Part shown: one piece after another, positions 11,188 to 21,276 of the stretch
Numbering within the stretch: position 1 is the first letter of the stretch
Layout of the letters: each line of letters opens with the position of its first letter
Source: Escherichia coli
Lineage (GTDB): Bacteria; Pseudomonadota; Gammaproteobacteria; Enterobacterales; Enterobacteriaceae
Assembly (NCBI RefSeq): GCF_024223415.1
Contig: NZ_CP100500.1
Strand: one strand, 5' to 3'
Length of the DNA stretch: 64,000 nt
The notes under the pieces: generated by a model
What the model was told of the DNA's origin: nothing
What the model saw: the letters and a program-made list of their open reading frames with translations, nothing else
Databases searched by the model: none
Made by a program: the position numbers and the translations under genes

Positions 11188-13449
11188 ATGGCGCACCCCG
11201 GACGTCATTTTTTTGCCAGCGCGCGCGGGCGATTGCTGCTTTTGAATTTGCTGGTGGTGGCGGTGACGTTGATGGTCAGCGGCGTGGCGGTAATGGGCTT
11301 TCGTCATGCCAGCCAGATGCAGGAGCTGGTGCAGCAGCAAACGGTGGATGATATGACCGGCAGCCTGAATCTGGCGCGCGACACGGCAAACGTGGCAACG
11401 GCGGCGGTGCGATTGTCGCAGGTGGTGGGAGCGCTGGAATATAAAGGCGAAGCCGAGCGGTTGCAGGAGACACAGCGGGCATTAAAAAGCTCGCTTGCAC
11501 AACTGGCGAACGCGCCTTTAGCGCAGCAGGAAGCCGGGCTGGTGACGCGCATCATCACGCGTAGCAACGAACTGCAAACCAGCGTCGGTGGAATGCTGGA
11601 GCGCGGGCAAAGGCGGCATCTGGAGCGCAACGCGCTGTTAAGTTCGCTGTATCAAAACTTAAGTTATCTGCGGCATCTGCAAAAAGTCACTCACGCGCAA
11701 GATGATATTTTGCTTAACGAGATGAACCGACTGATTGTTGCCGCTATTGCCACCCCCGCGCCGCAGGCGATTATTCATCAACTGGTCGGGGTAATGTCTG
11801 CGTTGCCGACCCACAGCGATACGCCGTTGGTTAACACGCTACTCAATGATTTTAATCGTGAACTGCGTAAACTCGCGCCGCTTTCAGCCGCTCTGGAGCA
11901 AAGCGATCTGGCAATCAGCTGGTATATGTTTCACATCAAAGCGCTGGTGGCGATCCTCAATGGCGACATCAACCGTTACGCCGAACAGGTGGCGACGCTC
12001 TCCGGTCAGCGCGTGGCGCAAAGTTACCAGGATTTGCGCTCCGGCGAGAGGCTGATCATGATTTTCGCCCTGTTAGCGGTGGTGATCACCGCGTTTGCAG
12101 GTTGGTATATCTATCGCAATCTCGGCTCTAACCTGACGGCGATTTCCAGCGCCATGAGCCGCCTGGCGCACGGTGAAGCGGATGTCAGCTTTCCGGCGTT
12201 ACAGCGGCGTGATGAGTTGGGTGAACTGGCGCGCGCCTTTAACGTTTTTGCCCGCAATACCGCGTCACTCGAACGAACGTCACGGCTGTTGAAAGAGAAA
12301 ACCATGCAGATGGAGATTGCCCAAACCGAGCGGCAGGGGCTGGAAGAGGCGCTATTGCACAGCCAGAAGCTGAAAGCGGTTGGGCAACTGACGGGCGGGC
12401 TGGCCCATGATTTTAATAATCTGCTGGCGGTGATTATTGGCAGCCTGGAGCTGGTGAATCCGGACTCGCCAGACGCGCCGCGAATACAGCGGGCGCTGCA
12501 AGCTGCCGAACGTGGGGCGCTACTGACACAACGACTGCTGGCGTTTTCCCGCAAGCAGTCCTTACATCCGCAAGCCGTTGAACTGAAAACATTGCTGGAA
12601 GAGTTAAGCGAATTAATGCGCCACTCCTTACCGGCAACGCTGGCGCTGGAGATTGAAGCGCAGTCTCCGGCGTGGCCCGCGTGGATTGACATCAGCCAAC
12701 TGGAAAATGCCATCATCAACCTGGTGATGAACGCCCGTGACGCGATGGAAGGGCAGACGGGAATCATCAAAATTCGTACCTGGAATCAGCGCGTTACTCG
12801 CAGCAGTGGGCAGCGTCAGGACATGGTGGCACTGGAGGTCATCGATCATGGCAGCGGTATGTCGCAGGCGGTGAAAAGCCAGGTATTTGAGCCATTCTTT
12901 ACCACCAAACAGACGGGCAGCGGCAGCGGGCTGGGTTTGTCGATGGTCTATGGTTTTGTGCGCCAGTCCGGTGGGCGCGTTGAAATTGAAAGCGCGCCGG
13001 GGCAGGGGACAACGGTCAGATTACAGCTTCCCCGCGCGCTGACGGCGGCGAAAAACCTATCGCCAGCGGCAGTAGAACAGGCTTCTGTCAGCGGCGATAA
13101 ACTGGTGTTAGTGCTGGAAGATGAAGCCGCGGTGCGCCAGACCATCTGCGAACAGTTGCACCTGCTGGGCTATTTGACGCTGGAAGCAAGCAGCGGCGAA
13201 CAGGCGCTGGATCTGCTGGCGGCATCAGCAGAAATCGATATTTTTATCAGCGATTTAATGCTCCCCGGCGGCATGAGCGGCGCAGAAGTGGTCAATGCGG
13301 CCCGCAAACTTTACCCGCACCTGACGCTGCTACTCATCAGCGGTCAGGATTTACGCCCCAGCCATAACCCCGCGCTGCCAGACGTGGCGCTGCTGCGCAA
13401 ACCTTTTACCCGCGCGCAGTTGGCGCAGGCGCTGGGGCAAGAGAATTGA
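11188..13449 (+). CDS. Hybrid sensor histidine kinase (2 TM + ~260-aa extracytoplasmic sensor, HAMP, HisKA, HATPase_c, C-terminal receiver; no Hpt)
   Basis: ORF 11092..13449; start MAHPGRHFF at 11188; H-box GLAHDFNNLL; receiver residues LVLEDE, ISDLMLPGG, LRKPF; divergent from the ABC operon with ~113 bp spacer. Confidence 0.85.
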   Translation: MAHPGRHFFASARGRLLLLNLLVVAVTLMVSGVAVMGFRHASQMQELVQQQTVDDMTGSLNLARDTANVATAAVRLSQVVGALEYKGEAERLQETQRALKSSLAQLANAPLAQQEAGLVTRIITRSNELQTSVGGMLERGQRRHLERNALLSSLYQNLSYLRHLQKVTHAQDDILLNEMNRLIVAAIATPAPQAIIHQLVGVMSALPTHSDTPLVNTLLNDFNRELRKLAPLSAALEQSDLAISWYMFHIKALVAILNGDINRYAEQVATLSGQRVAQSYQDLRSGERLIMIFALLAVVITAFAGWYIYRNLGSNLTAISSAMSRLAHGEADVSFPALQRRDELGELARAFNVFARNTASLERTSRLLKEKTMQMEIAQTERQGLEEALLHSQKLKAVGQLTGGLAHDFNNLLAVIIGSLELVNPDSPDAPRIQRALQAAERGALLTQRLLAFSRKQSLHPQAVELKTLLEELSELMRHSLPATLALEIEAQSPAWPAWIDISQLENAIINLVMNARDAMEGQTGIIKIRTWNQRVTRSSGQRQDMVALEVIDHGSGMSQAVKSQVFEPFFTTKQTGSGSGLGLSMVYGFVRQSGGRVEIESAPGQGTTVRLQLPRALTAAKNLSPAAVEQASVSGDKLVLVLEDEAAVRQTICEQLHLLGYLTLEASSGEQALDLLAASAEIDIFISDLMLPGGMSGAEVVNAARKLYPHLTLLLISGQDLRPSHNPALPDVALLRKPFTRAQLAQALGQEN

Positions 13450-13517
13450 GAATCCTCCTCTACTCGTAACAGGCACCTTTGCCTACCTTGTATTAACTTT
13501 GTTGCGAGGCCGAGTTT

Positions 13518-13847
13518 ATGAAACGCCACTCCACGCTCTTTTTTTTCACCCTGCTCACGCTGACCACCGTACCGGCCCAGGCCGATATTATCGACGACAC
13601 CATTGGCAATATTCAGCAGGCGATTAACGATGCTTATAACCCTGACCGTGGGCGAGATTATGAAGATTCGCGTGACGACGGCTGGCAGCGTGAAGTGAGC
13701 GACGATCGGCGCAGACAATATGACGACCGCCGTCGCCAGTTTGAAGATCGTCGCAGGCAACTGGACGATCGCCAGCACCAGCTTGATCAGGAGCGTCGGC
13801 AGCTAGAAGATGAAGAGCGGAGAATGGAAGATGAGTATGGGCAATGA
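13518..13847 (+). CDS. yjdP: Small secreted charged-repeat protein YjdP (109 aa)
   Basis: Signal peptide then RRQ/DDR-rich repeats; matches recalled YjdP, located beside phnP as in K-12. Confidence 0.8.
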   Translation: MKRHSTLFFFTLLTLTTVPAQADIIDDTIGNIQQAINDAYNPDRGRDYEDSRDDGWQREVSDDRRRQYDDRRRQFEDRRRQLDDRQHQLDQERRQLEDEERRMEDEYGQ

Positions 13848-13868
13848 TGTTGGGTATGGAGCAGGCAT

Positions 13869-13903
13869 CGCCCCTCTGGGGAGAGGGGTAGGGTGAGGGG
13901 GCC
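13869..13903. repeat. GC-rich interspersed repeat (cccctctggggagaggggtagggtgaggggg)
   Basis: Near-identical to the motif inside the 22835..22925 palindromic element; intergenic yjdP/phnP. Confidence 0.6.
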
Positions 13904-13923
13904 AGCACGCACATTCCCTCTCA

Positions 13924-14682
13924 TCACGCCACCCCAATCTCCATCCCATCAAACCCCGCCTCAAACCCCGACGGCAGTGTGTTTTCCATCAGCCATGCAT
14001 CAAACTGATGGCTGATGTGCGTCAGAATCACGCGCGGCGAGCGGATAACCTGATTCAGCGCAAGCACGGTATTTAAATCACAGTGATTACGCGGTGCATC
14101 CTCGCACGGCGGGTGGCTGCAATCAATCACCATTACCTGCGGCTGATTATTGCGTAATAATTTCAGCGTTTTTTCCGGCAAGCCAGCGGTGTCAGACAGC
14201 CACGCCACCCGGCTGTGCGCCGTTTCCAGCAGATAACCGAAGGTCAGTTTTGAGTGGTTGAGCGGCAGGGGCGTGACCTGTAACCCCTGCAAATCAAACA
14301 CCACAAACGGTTCCACCGTGTGGCTGAAATCAAGCAGGCCCGGATGTTTAAACAGATCGTCGCAGCCCTGTTCATCCGGCGGGCCGTAAACCGGGATCGG
14401 ATCGCCCACACCCCAGCGCAGCGGAAACAGCCCCTGGACGTGATCCATATGGTAGTGCGTCAGCAAAAACTGCTGGAACGATCCTGGCGACCAGCGATCG
14501 GTGAGATCGTGCAGCCCGGCGTCGATCAGGGTGATCGCCTCGTTAAACTTCACTACGCCGCTGCACGGTTGGCGGCGATACTGCGGTGAGCGCCGCGCTC
14601 TGGCGCAGGCCGCACACTCGCAGCCCCATGCCGGAACGCCCTGTGCGCCGCCGGTGCCGGTGAGCGTGAGGGTCAGGCTCAT
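13924..14682 (-). CDS. phnP: Phosphoribosyl 1,2-cyclic phosphate phosphodiesterase PhnP
   Basis: 252-aa ORF; metallo-beta-lactamase HxHxDH motif ([10 protein letters not shown]); last gene of phn operon. Confidence 0.9.
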   Translation of the reverse strand: MSLTLTLTGTGGAQGVPAWGCECAACARARRSPQYRRQPCSGVVKFNEAITLIDAGLHDLTDRWSPGSFQQFLLTHYHMDHVQGLFPLRWGVGDPIPVYGPPDEQGCDDLFKHPGLLDFSHTVEPFVVFDLQGLQVTPLPLNHSKLTFGYLLETAHSRVAWLSDTAGLPEKTLKLLRNNQPQVMVIDCSHPPCEDAPRNHCDLNTVLALNQVIRSPRVILTHISHQFDAWLMENTLPSGFEAGFDGMEIGVA

Positions 14683-14683
14683 G

Positions 14684-15118
14684 TTACAGCGCCTTCGTGA
14701 AGCGGAAGTGGCTCTGCTCGTAGCCTTCGCGCAGATAGAAACGGTGTGCGTCGTGGCGCTTCACGTTGGTCGAAAGCTCGGTCATTTCGGCCCCGGCCTG
14801 GCGGGCTTCTTCTTCTGCCCACGCCAGTAACTTGCTACCGACGTTCAGGCCGCGCGCCTGCGGCATCACCACCAGTTCCTGAATTTCACCGATCCAGTTG
14901 ACATGATGCAGATGAAACTGCAAATGCAGGCCGATCATGCCGACAACTTCGCCATCCAGCAGCGCCAAATGGTAGCGCATGTTCGGGTCGCGTAGGTTAG
15001 CGTTAAAGCCCACGCGAAACGCGTGATGGTCAAACTCCGCCTGTTTTAGCTCACAAATCAGCGCGTAAACCGCGTCGGTGTCGTACTGCGTGGCCGGGCG
15101 AAGCTCACAAGCAGGCAT
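14684..15118 (-). CDS. phnO: Aminoalkylphosphonate N-acetyltransferase PhnO
   Basis: 144-aa GNAT-fold ORF; operon position. Confidence 0.9.
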
Positions 15119-15662
15119 GGTGTTTCTCCTTCTGATGGATCAGCGTCAGCAGCGTGTCGACCGACTGGCGCAGGCTGCCGTCATTATTGAGCGTATGGCA
15201 ATCCTGTGGAGTATAGCGGGCGGCGCGCACCAGCCGGGCGTTAATTTCACTGGCGTTTTCGCGGCCACGGTTTTCCAGGCGCTGGCGCAGGATCTCCGGC
15301 GAAACCTGCAAGCAAATGGGCAGCAGCGCCGATTGATAGCGCGCCCGCGCCTGCGGCAAATGGGCGCGTGAGCCGTTGACCAGCACGTCGAATCCGGCGT
15401 GCAGCCAGAGGTCGATCTCGACGCCGACGCCATAATACAGACCGTTGGCGTGCCAGCTTAAGGCCAGCAGATTTTGCCCCGCGCGGGTAAAAAACTCCTG
15501 CTCACTCAGGGCGATATGGTTTTCGCTTCCAGCGCTGGCATCGCGCGTGATGTAGCGATGCGCCACCAGTAACTGAGTTTGTTCCCGCAGGCGGAGTTCC
15601 GCCAGCAGGCTATCTTTCCCGGAGCCGGACGGCCCCATTAACCAAATCAGTTTTCCCGTCAT
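15105..15662 (-). CDS. phnN: Ribose 1,5-bisphosphate phosphokinase PhnN
   Basis: 185-aa ORF with P-loop GPSGSGKDS. Confidence 0.9.
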
Positions 15663-16798
15663 CAGAACACCCTTTTACCCTGACGCCAGACGTGGTCGAT
15701 ATGAATGTGGTTGCCCTTGCGATGCGCCAGCACCAGGTCGGCGCGTTTGCCCTCGCCAATCACCCCGCGATCCTGGAGATTGAGCGCCTGCGCCGGATTT
15801 TTAGTCACCAGCTTCACCGCCTGCGGCAGCGTAAAGCGGTTGCTCTGGTCATCGGCCACGCGGAACGCCGCATCCAGCAGGCTGGCGGGGTAGTAGTCGG
15901 AAGAGAGGATATCCAGCAGGCCAAGCTGCGCCAGTTCACTGGCCGCCACGTTGCCGGAGTGCGAACCGCCACGCACGATATTTGGCGCGCCCATCAGCAC
16001 GTTCATATCATGCTTGCGCGAGGCTTCTGCCGCTTCGAACGTGGTGGGAAATTCGGCGATCACGCTGCCAAGCTGATGGGATTCGGCAACGTGGGCGTGG
16101 GTGGCGTCATCGTGGCTGGCAAGCGCAATTTTTCGCGCGCGGCACAGGGCGGCGATGGATTCGCGATTCGGCTGCGACCAGCGTGCGGCGAGCGCCAGTT
16201 GCTCTTCTTCGTACTGCTGCATCTGCGCATCAGTGAGCGAGTATTTGCCCTGATAATATTCACGGTACTTCTCGCGGTTGGCGAACTGGCGCTGGCCCGG
16301 CGAGTGGTCCATCAGCGACACCAGCGTCACCGGCTCGCGCTGCACCAGTTTTTCAAACAGCGGCAGCGTGGTGTGATGCGGCAGCTCGCAGCGCAGGTGC
16401 AGACGGTGCTCGGCGCGGTTGACGCCGCGCTTCTGCGTCTCTTCGATGGCGTTGATCATCTTCTCCAGATTCTCCAGCCGATCGCCGCCGTCGCGTACGT
16501 CGCCAATCGCCACGGCGTCCAGTACGGTGGTGATGCCGCTCGCCACCATCAGCGCGTCGTGGCTGCTCATCGCCGAGTGGGCAGGCCAGTCAACTTTCGG
16601 GCGCGGGGTGAAGAATTTATCCAGATTATCGGTATGCAGCTCAATCAGCCCCGGCAGCAGCCAGCCGCCTTCGCCGTCCATCGCCTCCGGCAGGCGGCTC
16701 TGGCTTTCGGCAAAGGCGCGGATTTCGCCGTCCTGCACCTCCAGTGAACCGTGTACCACTTCGTTTTCCAGCACCAATTTGACGTTATTGATAATCAT
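15662..16798 (-). CDS. phnM: RPnTP diphosphatase PhnM (amidohydrolase fold)
   Basis: 378-aa ORF matching recalled PhnM; operon position. Confidence 0.9.
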   Translation of the reverse strand: MIINNVKLVLENEVVHGSLEVQDGEIRAFAESQSRLPEAMDGEGGWLLPGLIELHTDNLDKFFTPRPKVDWPAHSAMSSHDALMVASGITTVLDAVAIGDVRDGGDRLENLEKMINAIEETQKRGVNRAEHRLHLRCELPHHTTLPLFEKLVQREPVTLVSLMDHSPGQRQFANREKYREYYQGKYSLTDAQMQQYEEEQLALAARWSQPNRESIAALCRARKIALASHDDATHAHVAESHQLGSVIAEFPTTFEAAEASRKHDMNVLMGAPNIVRGGSHSGNVAASELAQLGLLDILSSDYYPASLLDAAFRVADDQSNRFTLPQAVKLVTKNPAQALNLQDRGVIGEGKRADLVLAHRKGNHIHIDHVWRQGKRVF

Positions 16799-17475
16799 AA
16801 AGAGGCTCCCATTGGGTGCAGGCGGTCGGCAACGTCATTACGTACGGCTTCGTCATGGAAGATGCCGACAATGGCTGCGCCACGAGCTTTGGCTTCGCGG
16901 ATCAGTTCCACCACCGCGGCGCTGTTTTTGGCGTCCAGCGAGGCGGTAGGTTCGTCGAGCAGCAGAATGGGGTAGTCGACGATAAAGCCGCGGGCGATGT
17001 TGACGCGCTGCTGTTCGCCGCCGGAGAAGGTTGATGGCGCCAGGTGCCACAGGCGTTCCGGCACGTTCAGGCGGGTGAGCAGACGCGCGGCTTTAGCGGC
17101 GCAGGCTTCACGCGGTACGCCGGTATCGAGCAGCGGCTGCATCACCACTTCCAGTGCTGAAATACGCGGGATGACGCGCAGAAACTGGCTCACCCAGCCG
17201 ACGGTGGTTTTGCGGATCTCCACCACTTTGCGCGCTGGCGCGGTGACCAGATCGACCCATTCGTCACCGTGTTTGATCTGGATTTGCCCTTCGTCGGGCA
17301 GATAGTTGGCGTACAGCGAGCGTAGCAGGGTTGATTTTCCGCTGCCGGAATGGCCGTGGAGCACCACGCATTCGCCCGCGTTGACGGTGAGCGAGGCGCG
17401 GTTGAGGACGGGCAGGCGCACGCCGTTTTGCTGGTGCAGGATGAAGGTTTTACTGACGTTTTGTACGTTAATCAT
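16795..17475 (-). CDS. phnL: C-P lyase system ATPase PhnL
   Basis: ORF 16795..17589; recalled PhnL starts [11 protein letters not shown] (226 aa); Walker [10 protein letters not shown]. Confidence 0.88.
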   Translation of the reverse strand: MINVQNVSKTFILHQQNGVRLPVLNRASLTVNAGECVVLHGHSGSGKSTLLRSLYANYLPDEGQIQIKHGDEWVDLVTAPARKVVEIRKTTVGWVSQFLRVIPRISALEVVMQPLLDTGVPREACAAKAARLLTRLNVPERLWHLAPSTFSGGEQQRVNIARGFIVDYPILLLDEPTASLDAKNSAAVVELIREAKARGAAIVGIFHDEAVRNDVADRLHPMGASL

Positions 17476-17496
17476 TTTTCGCCTCGTGGTTCGGGT

Positions 17497-17580
<84 letters not shown>

Positions 17581-17585
17581 CCGGC

Positions 17586-18344
17586 TCAATTCTGCAAAAC
17601 CGATGACACCAGCAGTTGTGTATACGGATGGTGCGGGTCGTCGAGCACGCGGTCGGTTAACCCACTCTCCACCACTTGCCCCTGCTTCATCACCAGCAAA
17701 CGGTCCGCCAGCAGGCGGGCGACGCCTAAATCGTGGGTGACAATCACTACCGCGAGGTTCAGCTCCACCACCAGGCCGCGCAGCAGGTCGAGCAGGCGCG
17801 CCTGCACCGACACATCCAGCCCGCCGGTCGGTTCATCCATAAACACCAGCTTCGGATGCGTCACCAGGTTGCGGGCAATCTGCAAACGCTGCTGCATACC
17901 GCCGGAAAAGGTGGTCGGCAGGTCGTCGATCCGGTTGGCGGGAATTTCCACCTCTTCCAGCCACTTCTGCGCGGTGGCGCGAATATCGCCGTAATGACGC
18001 GCCCCGGTCGCCATCAGCCGCTCGCCGATATTGCCGCCTGCCGAGACCTGGCGGCGCAGGCCGTCGAGCGGATGCTGATGCACCACGCCCCATTCGGTGC
18101 GCAGCAGGCGACGGCGGTCGGCCTCGCTCATTGCATACAGCGAACGGTTCTCGTAGTGAATTTCCCCCTGCTGCGGCGTCAGGCGCGCGGAGATTGATTT
18201 CAGCAGCGTGGTCTTCCCGGAGCCGGATTCCCCGACGATGCCCAGCACTTCTCCCGACCATAAATCAAAAGAGACATCGCTAAAGCCTTTGCCCGGCGCG
18301 TAAAGGTGGGTCAGGTTATTGACCGAAAGTAACGGTTGATTCAT
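17586..18344 (-). CDS. phnK: C-P lyase system ATPase PhnK
   Basis: ORF 17586..18374; recalled start [11 protein letters not shown]; Walker [10 protein letters not shown]. Confidence 0.9.
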   Translation of the reverse strand: MNQPLLSVNNLTHLYAPGKGFSDVSFDLWSGEVLGIVGESGSGKTTLLKSISARLTPQQGEIHYENRSLYAMSEADRRRLLRTEWGVVHQHPLDGLRRQVSAGGNIGERLMATGARHYGDIRATAQKWLEEVEIPANRIDDLPTTFSGGMQQRLQIARNLVTHPKLVFMDEPTGGLDVSVQARLLDLLRGLVVELNLAVVIVTHDLGVARLLADRLLVMKQGQVVESGLTDRVLDDPHHPYTQLLVSSVLQN

Positions 18345-19186
18345 TGGCTTTTTGCCTCGCTCTGTTGGCGGCAATAATCGGTATCGGAGCAGACAAACAT
18401 GCGGTTTCCGGCGTCATCCAGCACCACTTCGTCGAGATAGCTGTGGGTCGATCCGCAGATGGCGCATGGCTCATCCCACTGCTGAACGGTGAACGGGTGA
18501 TCGTCGAAATCGAGGTTTTCCACGCGGGTAAACGGCGGCACCGCATAAATACGCTTCTCGCGCCCCGCGCCGAACAGCTGCAGGGCGGGCATCATGTCCA
18601 TTTTCGGGTTATCGAATTTCGGGATCGGCGACGGGTCCATCACGTAGCGCCCATTTACCTTCACCGGATAGGCGTAGGTGGTGGCGATATGACCGAAGCG
18701 GGCGATATCTTCATACAGTTTCACCTGCATCACGCCGTACTCCTCCAGCGCGTGCATGGTGCGGGTTTCCGTTTCGCGCGGCTCGATAAAGCGCAGCGGC
18801 TCGGGGATTGGCACCTGGAAGATAATGATCTGATCTTCGGTCAGCGGCGTTTCGGGGATGCGGTGACGCGTCTGGATAACCGTCGCATTGTCCGTACGTT
18901 CCGTGGTGTTTACCCCGGTCACGCGCTTGAAGAAGTTGCGAATCGACACGGCGTTGGTGGTGTCATCCGCGCCCTGGTCAATCACCTTCAGCACGTCGCT
19001 TTCGCCAATCACGCTGGCGGTAAGCTGTATGCCGCCGGTTCCCCAGCCGTACGGCATCGGCATCTCGCGCCCGCCAAACGGCACCTGATAGCCGGGGATC
19101 GCCACCGCTTTTAAGATGGCGCGGCGGATCATGCGTTTGGTCTGCTCGTCGAGGTAGGCAAAGTTGTAGCCGCTCAGATTAGCCAT
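18341..19186 (-). CDS. phnJ: Alpha-D-ribose 1-methylphosphonate 5-phosphate C-P lyase PhnJ
   Basis: ORF 18341..19375; recalled PhnJ (281 aa) begins MANLSGYNFAYLDEQTKRMIRRA; four conserved Cys near C-terminus. Confidence 0.9.
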   Translation of the reverse strand: MANLSGYNFAYLDEQTKRMIRRAILKAVAIPGYQVPFGGREMPMPYGWGTGGIQLTASVIGESDVLKVIDQGADDTTNAVSIRNFFKRVTGVNTTERTDNATVIQTRHRIPETPLTEDQIIIFQVPIPEPLRFIEPRETETRTMHALEEYGVMQVKLYEDIARFGHIATTYAYPVKVNGRYVMDPSPIPKFDNPKMDMMPALQLFGAGREKRIYAVPPFTRVENLDFDDHPFTVQQWDEPCAICGSTHSYLDEVVLDDAGNRMFVCSDTDYCRQQSEAKSQ

Positions 19187-20243
19187 GGTTCTGCTCCTGT
19201 TGCAGACGTTTGAGTAGCTCCAGTTCGGCCTGGAAATCGACGTAGTGCGGGAGTTTGAGGTGTGAGACAAAGCCTGCGGCTTCGACGTTGTCGGCATGTG
19301 CCAGCACGAACTCTTCATCCTGCGCCGGGCCTGTCGCGTGCTCGCCGTACTCCGGAGCCTGCAACGCACGGTCAACCAGCGCCATTGCCATTGCTTTGCG
19401 CTCGCTCATACCGAACACCAGCCCGTAGCCGCGCGTGAAGTGCGGCGGTTCATCTGGCGGGTCGATAAAACCGTTGACCATTTCACACTCAGTCATCAGC
19501 AATTCGCCGACGTTCACCGCAAATCCCAGCTCTTCCGGCACAATCGACACGTCGATGTAACCACTGCGGATTTCACCCGCGAACGGGTGATTGCGCCCGT
19601 AACCGCGTTGGGTGGAGTAGGCGAGCGCCAGCAAATAGCCTTCGTCGCCGCGCATCAACTGCTGCAAACGGGAAGAACGTGAGCAGGGGTAAACCGGCGG
19701 CGTGCGGGTGATATCATCCGGCTGTGCGCCGCTATCCTCTTCAAACTTCGCCAGCCCCTGACGCGCCAGCAGGCTGAAAACGTGCGGCGACGGCTGCTGT
19801 TCGCTGTCGGCGGTGGTCAGCGTCGGCGCTTCGCCGTTTGCCAGCAGAGTGAAATCGAGCAGGCGATGGGTGTAGTCGTAGGTTGGGCCAAGCAACTGGC
19901 CGCCGGGAATATCTTTATAAACCGCTGAAATACGCCGTTCGAGGCGCATCTCCGTGGTGTCGAGCGGCTCGCTTACCGCGAGCTTCGCCAGCGTGGTGCG
20001 GTAGGCGCGCAGCAGGAAAATTGCTTCGACGTTATCGCCGCTGGCCTGTTTCAGCGCCAGCGCCGCCAGTTCGCGGTCGGCAATGCCGCCTTCGGTCATC
20101 ACGCGATCCACCGCAAGATTAAGCTGCTGTTCAATCTGGGCGACGCTCAGTTCAGGCAAATCGGTATCGCCCCGGCGTCGGCTCTCTTGCAGGGCGTGGG
20201 CGGCGTCGATCGCCTTCTCGCCCCCTTTCACGGCAACGTACAT
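19179..20243 (-). CDS. phnI: C-P lyase core complex subunit PhnI
   Basis: ORF 19179..20363; recalled PhnI (354 aa) begins [12 protein letters not shown]; start/stop ATGA overlap with phnH. Confidence 0.9.
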   Translation of the reverse strand: MYVAVKGGEKAIDAAHALQESRRRGDTDLPELSVAQIEQQLNLAVDRVMTEGGIADRELAALALKQASGDNVEAIFLLRAYRTTLAKLAVSEPLDTTEMRLERRISAVYKDIPGGQLLGPTYDYTHRLLDFTLLANGEAPTLTTADSEQQPSPHVFSLLARQGLAKFEEDSGAQPDDITRTPPVYPCSRSSRLQQLMRGDEGYLLALAYSTQRGYGRNHPFAGEIRSGYIDVSIVPEELGFAVNVGELLMTECEMVNGFIDPPDEPPHFTRGYGLVFGMSERKAMAMALVDRALQAPEYGEHATGPAQDEEFVLAHADNVEAAGFVSHLKLPHYVDFQAELELLKRLQQEQNHG

Positions 20244-20827
20244 CAGCACACCTCCACATGAGTGGTTCGCGGAACAGCCAGCAGGCGCTCGCCGCAGGTC
20301 AGGATCAGGTCGATGCCGAGCGGGAACGGGTGCGGGCGCTCGGTGAGTTCGTGCAGAATGCACTCCGGCAGCTGCGGGGCGATCATTCGTTCTTCGGCAA
20401 TGCCCGCACCGGTGAGGCGCAGCATGCGCCCGCCGCTCAGGCTGGCGACTTGTAAAATCAGCGTCGCGCCCGCTTCCGGCGCAACGGCGGTGCCGGTGGA
20501 AAGGGCGTTGAGCTGTTCGCTGGAAATCGCCTCATCCGCTACCGCGAAGGTCGCCTGTTCCGGCTGGCTGACCAGCGGCGCGTTGGTATGAAAACGCAGG
20601 CTCTGGCTGACGATATCGTTGCTCAATGGCGCGGCAAGCCACACCGGCGTGTCGTTATCAGCCAGCGTCAGCAGCACGCTGGTGGTGGCGATATTCAGCG
20701 GCTGCCAGCCGCGCTTGAGCTGATGCAGGGCGACAATCACGCCCGGCTCGCTCATGGCCTTTAACAGGCGACGAAAACTGTGCTGGGCATCCTGCACGGG
20801 AAGCATAAAAGCGGTTTCCAGGGTCAT
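20243..20827 (-). CDS. phnH: C-P lyase core complex subunit PhnH
   Basis: 194-aa ORF matching recalled PhnH. Confidence 0.9.
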   Translation of the reverse strand: MTLETAFMLPVQDAQHSFRRLLKAMSEPGVIVALHQLKRGWQPLNIATTSVLLTLADNDTPVWLAAPLSNDIVSQSLRFHTNAPLVSQPEQATFAVADEAISSEQLNALSTGTAVAPEAGATLILQVASLSGGRMLRLTGAGIAEERMIAPQLPECILHELTERPHPFPLGIDLILTCGERLLAVPRTTHVEVC

Positions 20828-21276
20828 GCGTTGTCTCCGCGAACCATCGTAAAGAAGTCGACCCGGCTGGCGTTCACTTCGGCCTGGCGTGCGGCAATGC
20901 GTGCCATACGGTCAGCGTCCAGCGGGGCAATAAGCGTTTCTGATAAGTTTTGAAAGTGGCGAGATTGCTGCATCAGCGCGTCAATCAGCGCGCAGCGTTC
21001 GGCGTGCTGTTTGTCGCGCCCCAGCACCCAGCTGTAGCCGAGGGTGCCGTCAGTCAGGCGTACGGCGGCGCGGGTGAGCGTGGCGTCGCCGGCAAAAAAG
21101 CGTTCGCCGGTGCCGCCCATCCGCGCCTGAATCTGCACCAGACCAGTTTCGGCAGTGCGGATCACTTCATAGTCGGCGGTGATGTTCAGCGCGTTCAGGC
21201 GGGCTGCCAGTTCAGCCGGTTGGCTGTGCGCCAGTACGGACATCCAGTGCTGGCGGGTCGCGGTATCTGCGTGCAT
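20824..21276 (-). CDS. phnG: C-P lyase core complex subunit PhnG
   Basis: 150-aa ORF matching recalled PhnG. Confidence 0.9.
   Translation of the reverse strand: MHADTATRQHWMSVLAHSQPAELAARLNALNITADYEVIRTAETGLVQIQARMGGTGERFFAGDATLTRAAVRLTDGTLGYSWVLGRDKQHAERCALIDALMQQSRHFQNLSETLIAPLDADRMARIAARQAEVNASRVDFFTMVRGDNA

Noticed and set aside
13624-13914. 96-aa minus-strand ORF (and 13344..13778) overlapping yjdP and the GC-rich repeat, encoding Pro/Ser/Gly-rich peptide
   Set aside because: Reads through the interspersed palindromic repeat and overlaps the better-supported yjdP on the other strand; a typical repeat-derived spurious ORF.
15692-16747. 351-aa + strand ORF fully inside phnM on the opposite strand (similar long antisense ORFs: 7617..8276, 8973..9674, 18344..19114, 20950..21570, 22032..22970, 27609..28427, 36047..37132, 38212..38940, 42724..43602, 43310..44206, 50031..50918, 61443..62012)
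   Set aside because: They lie antisense to confidently identified conserved genes in GC-rich DNA, where stop codons are rare on the complementary strand; products are Arg/His/Gln-rich low-complexity with no motifs. Treated as artifacts.
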